From contig JACPOE010000010.1 of assembly GCA_016185105.1 (NCBI GenBank), positions 2,370 through 51,301 of the forward strand: DNA of 48,932 bases. Direction: 5' to 3'. This document shows positions 1-8,906 of this stretch, in pieces. Below the pieces are notes generated by a model. It was given only the letters and a program-made list of their open reading frames with translations. It made no database searches and was not told the origin of the DNA. Positions within the stretch are counted from its first letter, which is position 1, and the number at the start of each line of letters is the position of its first letter. The position numbers and the translations under genes were made by a program. This DNA is from Bdellovibrio sp. (GTDB taxonomy: Bacteria; Bdellovibrionota; UBA1018).

Positions 1-89
1 CTATTGCTATCATCACTTCCCCCGGTCTGTTGTTTAACGGTCAAGGCACCGCTCACTTAACACATTGCATTAAATAGAGAAGACATATT

Positions 90-667
90 TTATAAATTTT
101 TTGACAACACAAAAAGCAGCCTAAAATCCTGATAGGAAGGATACTGCGTGGGTGTCTGGTAGCGAGCACCTAGTGAATCTCATGATAGGTGACAACGCCG
201 ACCCGTCCGTCAAGGCCCCCAGCATCTAGCTTATTGCTTAAGTCCTTGGAAACCCCGACTTGAAAAACCGTTCTCACGCCCGGCAAGAGGCCAAGGTAAT
301 CTACTCCTGCTCCTAGAAAAAGGTAGTTGTCATTGTAGACGGATGTTCCCTTTTCAAACATTGTTCTGGAGTCAGCCCCAAATCGTGCAGACCCATAGAA
401 TTCCAACTGGGACTGAGTTTTCAGACCAGCACGAACTTGAGTGTAGGTAGTGAGAGTTTTGGCTTGGCCTAATGCGGACTCCTCACTGTAAAGATCAGCG
501 AAGAACTCCGGTGGCTTTTTTAGAAGCGTCTGCACCTGCGCCTGAGATGTAGAAACGTCACCAACTCCTGCAAAAGCCTCTTCACGGATAGACGCGAACG
601 TACAACTCAGGGAGAGGAGACCGAGAAAACCGCGCCCTAGCTGATCCAAAATTCGTTTTTTCTCCAC
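90..667 (-). CDS. Exported, putative outer-membrane beta-barrel protein, broken by an internal deletion/frameshift near 174
   Basis: ORF 170..667 has a GTG start, a signal-peptide-like N-terminus and alternating-residue strands (YLFLGAGVDY, VFQVGVS). Another frame at 173..90 reads LGARYQ...FRLLFVLSKNL-stop, resembling a barrel C-terminal strand. Confidence 0.45.
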
Positions 668-680
668 CTCAACCCCCTTG

Positions 681-2438
681 CTAATTGACTGGCAAATATT
701 GAATTCCTAGAGTGGGCATCCCAGCTTCTTCCTTTTGCTTCTCACTCTTGTTTGTCTTTTTAAAAGGCATCAGATTAGTTTGAGCAGGTGGCAAGCTTGC
801 CGATTTGCTACCCTTCTTAGACCCAATAAAGGGGCTCGCCTTCTTTACAGCGCTTTTGTCCTGCTCCACTTTTTGCGGAGCGACCGTCGGTCGACTTACA
901 TCCTGAAGAGGTTGCATCTTGACCACAAGCTGTGGTTGAGCAACCCTCTTGTCTGACTGAGACTGAGGAACTTTGCTGTTCGACAGAGGTTGAGTTGACT
1001 TGCTTTCAGACCAGACCTTGGCGGATTCAATCCCTGGGTAAACAGAAAAATGAGGCTGAAGCAGATCGAAATACCCCCCCAATAGGAGTCGATCTAGTTT
1101 CGACGCCGCAATTTGATAATCAAATTCCGCCACGATCATCTCTTTTTGTTTTCTGACGTAGGCATGAACGCGGCGATAGATTCCTGAGCGCGGAAGCTTG
1201 TTTTTGGTTTGAATATATCTTCTTTCAATTTCAAAAATCTTCTCAAGATTCTTGTTACGCCGATCCGTGCTCTCTAGTTTCAGCTTATAGACGGCTAAAG
1301 CATGGTTGAATTCCTCAGCCACCAGAGCAGCTGACGAGAGCTCTGCTTTTAGAAATTCGCCCGCAAACCTAGCTTCCTTCCTGCTCTTCAGACCTCCCTT
1401 ATTGGAAACGAAATCTTCAAATCCCAAAGATCGCTGCGGAGCGGTCAGACTGAGTTCCTTCATTGAAATAGGTTGGCGAAGATTTTTGGAATCCAAAGGA
1501 GGAACTCGAACTTCCTCAACTGCCTCCGGGTTGGCAAACCCAAGGGCTTTGGACAAAATATAGATCTCTTGATGAGCAAGACTTGTATAGTCCAAACTCT
1601 CCTTCGCCAGGAATTCCTCTAGCTCCGCAAGCTTCGCTCTGGAGCCATCCTTCAAAATTTTGCTCTTTTCGAACTCTTCAACTTCCAAAGCAAACTTCTT
1701 CAAAGCGCTCGATGTGTCCCTAACTAGGTTTGCAATGCGTTGTGCCCGATTTAGGGAATAAGCCCTTTGCTCAACATGGGCAACGGTATTTGCTTTTTCT
1801 AAGGTTTTTAGAAATTCAGAACCTTCGGCTTTCTGATCATTCATACTAAGAGCTTTTAGAATGGCATCCTCGAGCCTGAAGACTGTGGGTTCCTCAAGTG
1901 GAATTTTCTCATTTGCTAATGTGGCGTATTCAAACCCGGTCGAAGAAAGATTAAAAACTTCGCCATTTTGCGGATTGCGTACGATGAACCTCAAGAATCG
2001 ATGCTCTTGGCAAAACTCCACATACCACTGATCTCTAAAGAGATAGCACTGACGCTCGGGGAATAGTGGATTGGCCTCTTGTCGTCTCAAATCAAACCGA
2101 GCGTGATCTAAAGCAGGAACATAAATTGAAAAGCCTTCAGAACTGATCTCTTCAATGGGTACCGAGGTGATCAACTGGCCATGGCGATTGCGCACCTGAA
2201 CAACTCCTGCTGTAGGAGTGGAAAAGAGACCCTTCCTTCCAGAAAAGGACAAATCAAGGCCAACAGGATCCCCGAAAGGAGTTTCACTCTGGCCCCATTT
2301 TAATACGCCTTCGTAGTGCCCGTCCCTCAGTTCTGTCTCGCAGCCCGACACGACAAGAAGGAAACAAAGGGAAAAGGCGACCTGAGCCAGCTTCTCCGCC
2401 CAACTTAATTTCGGTTTGCTAACTTTTGTAGTTTTCAT
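681..2438 (-). CDS. Putative lipoprotein with a helical, possibly TolC/OEP-like central region and a low-complexity K/S/P/Q tail
   Basis: Long ORF; likely start ATG 2438 after GGGGAAG; lipobox-like LLVVSGC; LEDAILKALSMN and YQIAASKLDRLL resemble outer-membrane efflux protein helices. Confidence 0.4.
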   Translation of the reverse strand: MKTTKVSKPKLSWAEKLAQVAFSLCFLLVVSGCETELRDGHYEGVLKWGQSETPFGDPVGLDLSFSGRKGLFSTPTAGVVQVRNRHGQLITSVPIEEISSEGFSIYVPALDHARFDLRRQEANPLFPERQCYLFRDQWYVEFCQEHRFLRFIVRNPQNGEVFNLSSTGFEYATLANEKIPLEEPTVFRLEDAILKALSMNDQKAEGSEFLKTLEKANTVAHVEQRAYSLNRAQRIANLVRDTSSALKKFALEVEEFEKSKILKDGSRAKLAELEEFLAKESLDYTSLAHQEIYILSKALGFANPEAVEEVRVPPLDSKNLRQPISMKELSLTAPQRSLGFEDFVSNKGGLKSRKEARFAGEFLKAELSSAALVAEEFNHALAVYKLKLESTDRRNKNLEKIFEIERRYIQTKNKLPRSGIYRRVHAYVRKQKEMIVAEFDYQIAASKLDRLLLGGYFDLLQPHFSVYPGIESAKVWSESKSTQPLSNSKVPQSQSDKRVAQPQLVVKMQPLQDVSRPTVAPQKVEQDKSAVKKASPFIGSKKGSKSASLPPAQTNLMPFKKTNKSEKQKEEAGMPTLGIQYLPVN

Positions 2439-2554
2439 GACTTCCCCGGTTTTTTCCCCGTCAAAACAAACGGTTGACAAGGCACACTCCTCAACGCAGC
2501 GCGATATACTATCGGCTATGGAAGAATGTCCAGGAAAGAATTTGGAGATGTCAG

Positions 2555-3283
2555 TTAGGAAAACTCGACGTAAAGAGGCGAATGATCTGACACTTCGTCC
2601 CCGAGCACCTTAAAGTCATGAATCATCACTCTAGGCGAGGTCAGAACATAATCCGCGAAACGTTCCTCTTTAGGATAGTAAGACGTACGGGTGGAAGTAA
2701 TTCCGTAAAGCCTTACCAGATTATGAAGATCAACTTCCATAATCTTCATACTCTCTGTTGTTGGCTTTAGATTAAAATCACCACAGAGAATTTTTTGGCC
2801 TTCAAACAAGCACATCGTGTCTCTCACTTTTTTTGCTTGTTCGATTCTCTCAGCGCTGTCTCCCTTGCCTCGTCCATTCCAAAGACCATGCAAGTTGAAA
2901 ACCGTATAGAGCTGCTCATTCTTAACAATTTGAATCCACTGGAGATCCCTCGAGTGACTAGGACCCATGCCCGAATAGCTTGGATTAGAGTATACTGACA
3001 CGGCCCCCTCTTGGGAGATTTCCAAGTCCTTTCTTACAAAGGTCGCAATTCCATAACTATGATTTAAAACCGGTTTAAAATACCCTCGGTGATCTGGCAA
3101 TTTTCTCTGAATCTGAGAAAAAATATCTAAGCTTAGGGTTCTTGCATCATCGCTGACTGCTGTTTTCGCGCGGTAATAGACCTCTTGAAGGCAGAACACG
3201 TCTACGTTTCTTTTCTCCTCGAAGAAGGAAAGCAACGGTTCGGCAAGATGCCCACCCCAAATATTGAGGGTAATAAGCTTCAT
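2555..3283 (-). CDS. Endonuclease/exonuclease/phosphatase (EEP) family protein
   Basis: Motifs ITLNIW, DVFCLQEV, NLHG, LCGDFN, ADYVL and VSDHSPL; ATG 3283 follows a GGAG SD. Confidence 0.9.
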   Translation of the reverse strand: MKLITLNIWGGHLAEPLLSFFEEKRNVDVFCLQEVYYRAKTAVSDDARTLSLDIFSQIQRKLPDHRGYFKPVLNHSYGIATFVRKDLEISQEGAVSVYSNPSYSGMGPSHSRDLQWIQIVKNEQLYTVFNLHGLWNGRGKGDSAERIEQAKKVRDTMCLFEGQKILCGDFNLKPTTESMKIMEVDLHNLVRLYGITSTRTSYYPKEERFADYVLTSPRVMIHDFKVLGDEVSDHSPLYVEFS

Positions 3284-3381
3284 TATTTGCTCCAAATTTT
3301 TAAAATTGTTAGAACTTGAGCCATTTCAAAACTTGCGCATCTTGTCAAACAGAAACGGCCCCAAATCTAAGAATCTGTACT

Positions 3382-3387
3382 TATAAT
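3382..3387 (+). promoter_or_regulatory. Candidate sigma70 -10 box (TATAAT) 6 nt before the LMF start codon
   Basis: TATAAT-gataag-ATG with no SD, the geometry of a leaderless transcript. Confidence 0.4.
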
Positions 3388-3393
3388 GATAAG

Positions 3394-4905
3394 ATGGAAA
3401 GCATCGTTAAGCGCACTCACCTCTTTTTATTGGGTAATGAAACGCCTTCCGATTCCTATCACTGGGTCCGGAAAGTTCTTCTGCAGAGTCTCGGCTTTAT
3501 TTATGGGGTAGCAAATCTAATCTTGCTGTTTCAAGCGAAGGCCCTTTGGGGAAAATCGGGCCTTCTCCCGATCGAGCCTTTTATTAATGAAGTTTTGAGC
3601 CAATCTTCGACTGCAAAGTACACTTACCCTAGTCTTTTCTATTTCTTTCCTACTGAGACACTCTTAGTCCTCCTTCCAATATTAGGACTCTTTTGTGCTA
3701 TTCCGGTAGCTCTGGGCTTTGCTACTTTTCCGCTGCTTCTGATTTTGTGGACGATCCAACTTTCTTTTGTAAACTCAGGGCAGCTCTTTTACGGATTTGG
3801 CTGGGAAACCCAACTTTTAGAACTGACTTTTTACAGTTTTTTCTTGGCTCCTTTTTGGAACCCTATGAAGACCACTGCAGCACCAAGGATTACCATTTGG
3901 GCAATGCGCTGGATGTTATTTCGACTGATGCTGGGTGCTGGTTTAATTAAAATTAGAGGGGACGAGTGCTGGAGCGATCTCACTTGTCTTCTGTATCACT
4001 ATGAGACTCAACCGAATCCTTCTCCTGTGAGCTTTTTCTACCATCACATGCCCCCATTTTTCCATTACCTAGGGACCGCATTTAATCACTTCGTAGAACT
4101 GGTGGTACCTTTTGGATTTTTTCTGAGTAAGACACGTAGGATCGCCGGCCTGATTACCATAGTCTTTCAAGGGATTCTTATCTCGAGCGGGAACCTTTCA
4201 TGGCTCAATTGGCTTACATTAGTGATGTGTATTCCTTGTTTCGATGATGGATTTTTACTTAGATTTTCCTTTTTCAAAAGAAAATTTTCTGCACAAACAG
4301 TATCTAAAGCACTCTTTTCCTGGCCCCGATTCGTAGCCCTAATTATTTTCACTGCCTTGGTGGGGATTCTGAGCATCGAACCGGCAATCAACCTCATCAG
4401 CCCTAACCAAGCGATGAACACTTCTTATGATGGGTGGCACTTGGTCAATAGCTACGGTGCATTTGGTAGCATTGGTAAGAGTCGCTACGAGATTGTGGTT
4501 TCGGGCACCGATCAAGCTAAAGATCTTCCAGAACCCCAATGGAAAGAATTCGAGTTTCACTGCAAGCCGGGAAATATTTCGAAACGTCCTTGTCTCATTA
4601 CCCCCTACCACTATCATTTGGATTGGCAGATTTGGTTTTCTGCGATGCGACCGGAGCTCCAGGAAGAATGGTTATTTCGATTAGCGGTTCGCTTGCTGGA
4701 AGACGATGCCCAAATCTCTAGCTTGCTTGAATCAGTTCCCTTTCCTAAAGGTAAAGTACAACAGATCAAGATGGATCTTTACCGGTATCAATTTGCAGAT
4801 TGGAAGGACTGGCCTAGCAAATGGTGGCAACGAACCTGGGTGAAGACTTATATGCAGCCGATTTCTCTTCAGACCCCCTTCGTTCAAGGGTATCGAAAAG
4901 ACTAG
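3394..4905 (+). CDS. Lipase maturation factor (LMF) family membrane protein
   Basis: GQLFYGFGWETQLLE, FRLMLGAGLIKIRGD, YHYETQPNP, SGNLSWLNWLT, NSYGAFG and PYHYHLDWQIWF are LMF1-type motifs; likely start ATG 3394. Confidence 0.9.
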   Translation: MESIVKRTHLFLLGNETPSDSYHWVRKVLLQSLGFIYGVANLILLFQAKALWGKSGLLPIEPFINEVLSQSSTAKYTYPSLFYFFPTETLLVLLPILGLFCAIPVALGFATFPLLLILWTIQLSFVNSGQLFYGFGWETQLLELTFYSFFLAPFWNPMKTTAAPRITIWAMRWMLFRLMLGAGLIKIRGDECWSDLTCLLYHYETQPNPSPVSFFYHHMPPFFHYLGTAFNHFVELVVPFGFFLSKTRRIAGLITIVFQGILISSGNLSWLNWLTLVMCIPCFDDGFLLRFSFFKRKFSAQTVSKALFSWPRFVALIIFTALVGILSIEPAINLISPNQAMNTSYDGWHLVNSYGAFGSIGKSRYEIVVSGTDQAKDLPEPQWKEFEFHCKPGNISKRPCLITPYHYHLDWQIWFSAMRPELQEEWLFRLAVRLLEDDAQISSLLESVPFPKGKVQQIKMDLYRYQFADWKDWPSKWWQRTWVKTYMQPISLQTPFVQGYRKD

Positions 4906-5146
4906 GAAGAGAGTATTTTTCGAATAAACCAACCCATTTCAAGTGTCAAAAGCACACCAAACAGTGAGCCCACGTCCCAGACCCAAAAGAACACCGAAAA
5001 GAAAACGACTCCGTTACAAACCATAAGAACCATAGACATTGACTCTGAACCTGCTCGGATAAATTCGCCGAAGGAGTAATCTCGGCGCATGTAAGAAACT
5101 CATGATATTCCTGGACCCACTCCGACGGCATGAGATTTTCCTTCAT
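4902..5146 (-). CDS. Probable membrane anti-sigma factor, apparently truncated by an internal deletion near 5040
   Basis: Overlaps the ECF sigma stop by 4 nt (ATGA). The soluble N-terminus (4946..5146 frame) and hydrophobic C-terminus (4902..5090 frame) lie in different frames. Confidence 0.5.
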
Positions 5147-5709
5147 ACCTTTTCCTCCGTCTTGAAAAACCTTCTCATATACCGAAGAGCGCGGCTGACT
5201 CTTTGGCGAGCATTCTCAGGAGTTACATTGAGTTTTTTTGCGATCTCCTCAAAACTCATCTCCTTGCTGTAACGAAGTTCCAGGGCCTCTTTATATCGGG
5301 ACGGAATCCCGTCGAGCTTCGGGGTTACAGCAGTGCCGGAATCGGGCTCCACTTCCTGCTGAATATTCAAGACACGTTCAGAGGTCCCAAAATCCGATGC
5401 CGTACCCAGAACAAGCTCATCCTTTCGAAAGACATCTACTGCACAGTTTCGTGCAATACAAAAAAGCCAAGGCAAAAAGGGCAGCGTGGGATCATAACGA
5501 TGCCGCCCGACATGCAATTTCATCCACGTTTGTTGAAATGCATCTTCAGCCATACCTGTGGTGGTCAGCTTTTTTCTTAAATATCCGAGCACTTTTGCAC
5601 GATGCCTTTGATAAAGCTCTAGGAAGGCCTCTTCTTGCTCCAATTGCTCGCCCTTCGTATACGTGATCATCAATTCCTCATCTGTCTTGACGCCAGCCTT
5701 CATGGGCAC
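5143..5709 (-). CDS. ECF RNA polymerase sigma factor
   Basis: Region 2 (AEDAFQQTWMKLH..YDPTLPFLPWLFCIARN) and region 4 HTH (MSFEEIAKKLNVTPENARQRVSRAL); AAGGAG upstream. Confidence 0.92.
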   Translation of the reverse strand: MPMKAGVKTDEELMITYTKGEQLEQEEAFLELYQRHRAKVLGYLRKKLTTTGMAEDAFQQTWMKLHVGRHRYDPTLPFLPWLFCIARNCAVDVFRKDELVLGTASDFGTSERVLNIQQEVEPDSGTAVTPKLDGIPSRYKEALELRYSKEMSFEEIAKKLNVTPENARQRVSRALRYMRRFFKTEEKV

Positions 5710-5733
5710 CTACTTTGCTGCTCCTTCTTTTAC

Positions 5734-5759
5734 TACGTCTGGAGCCATTTTTCGTGACA
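5734..5759 (-). promoter_or_regulatory. Candidate ECF promoter TGTCAC-N16-CGTA upstream of the sigma gene (autoregulation)
   Basis: The minus strand reads TGTCAC gaaaaatggctccaga CGTA, with the same boxes and spacing as the plus-strand copy. Confidence 0.7.
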
Positions 5760-5800
5760 CGGATAGGTTAACTCATTGTAATCCTAGGGTTTCTTCGTTA

Positions 5801-5826
5801 TGTCACAAAAATCGTTTTCCCGCGTA
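5801..5826 (+). promoter_or_regulatory. Candidate ECF promoter TGTCAC-N16-CGTA upstream of the Cys-rich peptide
   Basis: TGTCAC aaaaatcgttttcccg CGTA. Confidence 0.7.
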
Positions 5827-5905
5827 TAAAGAATAAGACGTAAGCTCTATGGGATGGGCCTCAAGGTTCACCCCTTGCGTTGATACCTTATAAGGAGGAT
5901 CTAAA

Positions 5906-6142
5906 ATGTCGAAACTATTCACTACGGCGATTTTCAGTCTGGCCTTGCTCGGGGCTTCTCCCGTTTTTGCTGATGGGCATGGAAAATGTAGCTGCGACAA
6001 GAAATGCACAAGCGAATGTAAAGAGGGCAAAGGCGAGAATTGTAAGTGCAAACACTGTGGCTGCTCCAAAGGAAAGAAGTGCAGCAAATGCACGAACCAC
6101 CACAAAGAAAAAGCAGAGGGAGTGGTTGATTCGAATCCTTAG
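5906..6142 (+). CDS. Exported Cys/His-rich metallothionein-like small protein
   Basis: Strong SD TAAGGAGG; signal peptide ending VFA; mature part has 10 Cys (CxC, CxxC, CxxxC spacing), 4 His and many Lys. Confidence 0.75.
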   Translation: MSKLFTTAIFSLALLGASPVFADGHGKCSCDKKCTSECKEGKGENCKCKHCGCSKGKKCSKCTNHHKEKAEGVVDSNP

Positions 6143-6150
6143 CGTCCTTT

Positions 6151-6187
6151 AATGAGGGGTGCGGGATAGCCCTCCGCCCCCCTCATT
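6151..6187 (+). terminator. GC-rich hairpin after the Cys-rich peptide gene (terminator or stabiliser)
   Basis: AATGAGGGG-T-GCGG...CCGC-CCCCTCATT inverted repeat; no strong U-tract. Confidence 0.55.
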
Positions 6188-6313
6188 CGTCACTCAAGTA
6201 CCTTTGGCCCCGTACGCTCTATTACACTTTTATTGTTTAGTTGAGGCGATTTCCGATTTGCCCTGCGAAGTGGGGTGTTGGATCCCATTTTGCAGAGTCT
6301 TAAAAAAGTTTTG

Positions 6314-6342
6314 TTGCAGTAGATCAAATCTTACTTTATATT
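6314..6342 (+). promoter_or_regulatory. Candidate sigma70 promoter for the MFS transporter
   Basis: TTGCAG-17 nt-TATATT. Confidence 0.5.
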
Positions 6343-6389
6343 GCTGAGCTTCAAATACTAAAACTGTCCCCTTAAACAATTCAAATCCG

Positions 6390-6495
6390 CTTTCAGATGG
6401 GAAATCCACCTGAAGGTTCTCATTGGGTTCGCGAGTCGCGAATTCCCAGGCATGCTGCCTCGCACGGGGCTGAGTGCCTAGATCAGTTAATGATC
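6390..6495 (+). promoter_or_regulatory. Structured 5' leader with four consecutive hairpins; candidate cis-regulatory RNA
   Basis: Stem-loops at 6390-6416, 6424-6448, 6448-6479 and 6481-6495, between the promoter and the GGAG SD at 6511. Confidence 0.45.
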
Positions 6496-6519
6496 ATTAC
6501 CTGTTATTTTGGAGTTTTT

Positions 6520-7791
6520 ATGTCCGCACAACATCATCTAGACTCGAACACACATTTCGAGTCAGCACGCTGGAGCAGAAAAGAAATCGGTCAAATTCTA
6601 CTGATTTCTCTGATCTTCGTGGCCGCTTGTATTGAAACCGATATCTACCTTCCGGCTTTCCCGGATATGATGACAGCCTTTCAAGTGTCTGAGGCAGAGA
6701 TTCAGAAGATTCTTACTTGGAATTTTTTTGCTCTTTGCCTTTCTGGACCCTTTTATGGACCACTGTCTGACGCCTGGGGTAGACGAAAGCCTTTACTGGT
6801 AGCCCTTCTTCTTTTTCTAGTAGGAAGCGGGGTAACCGTTTTGTCTCGCGATTTTGGCTGCCTCCTTTTTGGCCGGATTCTCCAAGGCTTGGGAAGCGGG
6901 GGTTGTTTCACCCTTGGAGCAGCGATCCTTTTTGATAGCTTCACGCCACGCAAGGCATTGGTCGGTCTGAACCATTTGAATTCAATCGTTCCTTTAGCGA
7001 TGGCCGGGGCACCCATTCTTGGTGGAGTTCTGAATCAAACCTATGGGTATCGTTCAAACTTTGTCGCAATTACCGCGGTGGTTCTATTGAGCTGGGCTTT
7101 TTGTCAGATTTTTTTCAAAGAAACTCTGCCCAAAAAGCAACGGCATCCCATCGAAAGAAAGAAACTAAAAGCCGACTTTTCCAGGGTTCTCAGTTCCTTC
7201 TCTTTCTGGCAGATGAATCTTCCTGTTTGCCTGCTCTATAGTGGGTATTTAGGATTTTTATCCGTGAGTTCGATCTATTTTGTCATCGAGCTGGGCGTGT
7301 CTAAGTCAGTCTTTCCCTTTTTTCAGACTGCAGTCTTGAGTGGCTGGCTGGTTGCCAGCGTCTCTTGCTCGTGGTTTTTGAAAAGGTGGGGATCAGTCCG
7401 AACGCTGAGGGTTGGAATCGGAATCTTTGCGATCAGCCTATTAGGATTCCAACTCAGCTATTGGTTGGCCCCAAGGAATCCTTACTGGCTCACTTTCTTC
7501 ATGATGACCTACTCGTTTGGCTACAACTGGCTTCAGACCCCCTACTTTGGAGAAATTATGGGGTTAATGCCTGACATTAAAGGAATCGTAGGAAGCATTG
7601 TCACCAGCTTTCGTCTCCTTTTAACCGCGGGTCTGATCGGGTTAGTGAGTATTTTCTATGATGGAACCCTCAACTCATTTGCTCTTGTTCAGTTAGGGGT
7701 TGCCCTGGTCGTTGCTCCGATGATCTGGTTAAGAGAAAGAAATCGAGGAGAAAGCGACACTCCATGTGTAGAAGTCCAAATTAGCCATTAA
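6520..7791 (+). CDS. Bcr/CflA-family multidrug MFS transporter
   Basis: ETDIYLPAFP, GPLSDAWGRRKPLL (motif A), GRILQGLG and APILGG; about 12 hydrophobic segments; start ATG 6520 after GGAG. Confidence 0.9.
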   Translation: MSAQHHLDSNTHFESARWSRKEIGQILLISLIFVAACIETDIYLPAFPDMMTAFQVSEAEIQKILTWNFFALCLSGPFYGPLSDAWGRRKPLLVALLLFLVGSGVTVLSRDFGCLLFGRILQGLGSGGCFTLGAAILFDSFTPRKALVGLNHLNSIVPLAMAGAPILGGVLNQTYGYRSNFVAITAVVLLSWAFCQIFFKETLPKKQRHPIERKKLKADFSRVLSSFSFWQMNLPVCLLYSGYLGFLSVSSIYFVIELGVSKSVFPFFQTAVLSGWLVASVSCSWFLKRWGSVRTLRVGIGIFAISLLGFQLSYWLAPRNPYWLTFFMMTYSFGYNWLQTPYFGEIMGLMPDIKGIVGSIVTSFRLLLTAGLIGLVSIFYDGTLNSFALVQLGVALVVAPMIWLRERNRGESDTPCVEVQISH

Positions 7792-7797
7792 AAAAAT

Positions 7798-7832
7798 AAG
7801 CCCCTCTCTTGCTCAGGGAGGGGCTTTTGTTT
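7798..7832 (+). terminator. Rho-independent terminator
   Basis: AAGCCCCTCTCT-tgctc-AGGGAGGGGCTT followed by TTGTTT, just after the MFS stop. Confidence 0.85.
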
Positions 7833-7872
7833 ATTGACTCTCGACCCAAAAGTCTGATTTGAGTAGCCTACT

Positions 7873-8187
7873 ATGAAACTAAAACGCCACGTCTTTGTCT
7901 GCACCCATGAACGCCCTCCTGAAAACCCAAAAGGGTGCTGCAAACACAAGGACGCTGAACAGCTCGTGTCTTTATTCAAAAAGGAAATCGCTAAAAAGGG
8001 AATTGTATCGGAAGTACGGGCTCAAAAAGCAGGATGCCTGGATATTTGCGAGTTCGGCCCTTCGGTTGTGGTCTACCCCGAAGGGGTTTGGTACGGACAT
8101 GTGACCGCCGCAGACGTTACGGAAATCGTAGAGTCCCACCTGATCGGCGGTAATCCTATAGAACGGTTAAAAATACCTGGAAAGTGA
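7873..8187 (+). CDS. Thioredoxin-like [2Fe-2S] ferredoxin
   Basis: HVFVCTHER..GCC..AGCLDICEFGPSVVVYPEGVWY..IVESHL pattern. Confidence 0.92.
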   Translation: MKLKRHVFVCTHERPPENPKGCCKHKDAEQLVSLFKKEIAKKGIVSEVRAQKAGCLDICEFGPSVVVYPEGVWYGHVTAADVTEIVESHLIGGNPIERLKIPGK

Positions 8188-8319
8188 TTTTCTGCCGCAA
8201 CGAATCAACCTAATAGACCCCATCTCGAATTGAAATTTAGAAAACTAGGTAGAACTTGCCTGGTGTTTTCAATTCAAGCCCTAGACCTTTCAATTAGTGT
8301 TGTTATACAATTTTAGTAT

Positions 8320-8901
8320 ATGGAAAGTCGCCCTCCGTATCATCGTAGAATTTTTCTAATCAATAAAAATTTTCAGTTACGATTTGCTTTCTATGTCTGT
8401 TCTTTTCTGTTTGCTCTGTCTTTTGCATATCCACTTATCATTTCCAGCACATTTGATTTTTTTATCCGAACCATGGCTGGGGATCCAAATGCACCGTCTG
8501 TGATCTACCTAGAGGAAACCCGCAAAGAACTGCTCTCCATGTTGATTCTTATGGAAGTAGTTTTTCTTTCAATGGCGTTTATCATCAGTATTTTTCTCTC
8601 TCACCGAGTAGCCGGACCCCTTTATAAGCTGGACCGCTATTTTCGGGAGGCCAGAGATGGAAATATTGAACAAAAGCTTTTCTTTCGAAAAAATGACTAC
8701 TTTAAGGAACTCCCGGATCACTACAATGACATGATGGATGCAATCCGAATGCGCCTAGGACAGGGTGATTCATCGAAAGCCGCCCAGACAATCTCCCAAG
8801 TCTTGCCGGTCATCGAGAAAGCCGCAGGACGTGTGGATGCACAAACACGAATCGAACTAGAATCGGTCTTGACAGTTCTTAGAAATACCCTAAAGAATTA
8901 A
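8320..8901 (+). CDS. Two-TM membrane protein with a HAMP-like domain
   Basis: Two hydrophobic helices followed by SHRVAGPLYKL...RKNDYFKEL...YNDMM. Confidence 0.65.
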   Translation: MESRPPYHRRIFLINKNFQLRFAFYVCSFLFALSFAYPLIISSTFDFFIRTMAGDPNAPSVIYLEETRKELLSMLILMEVVFLSMAFIISIFLSHRVAGPLYKLDRYFREARDGNIEQKLFFRKNDYFKELPDHYNDMMDAIRMRLGQGDSSKAAQTISQVLPVIEKAAGRVDAQTRIELESVLTVLRNTLKN

Positions 8902-8906
8902 GCTCA

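Noticed and set aside
5803-6152. Alternative ORFs 5803..6105, 5880..6152 and 5915..6103
   Set aside because: They overlap 5906..6142, which alone has a strong SD and a coherent signal peptide.
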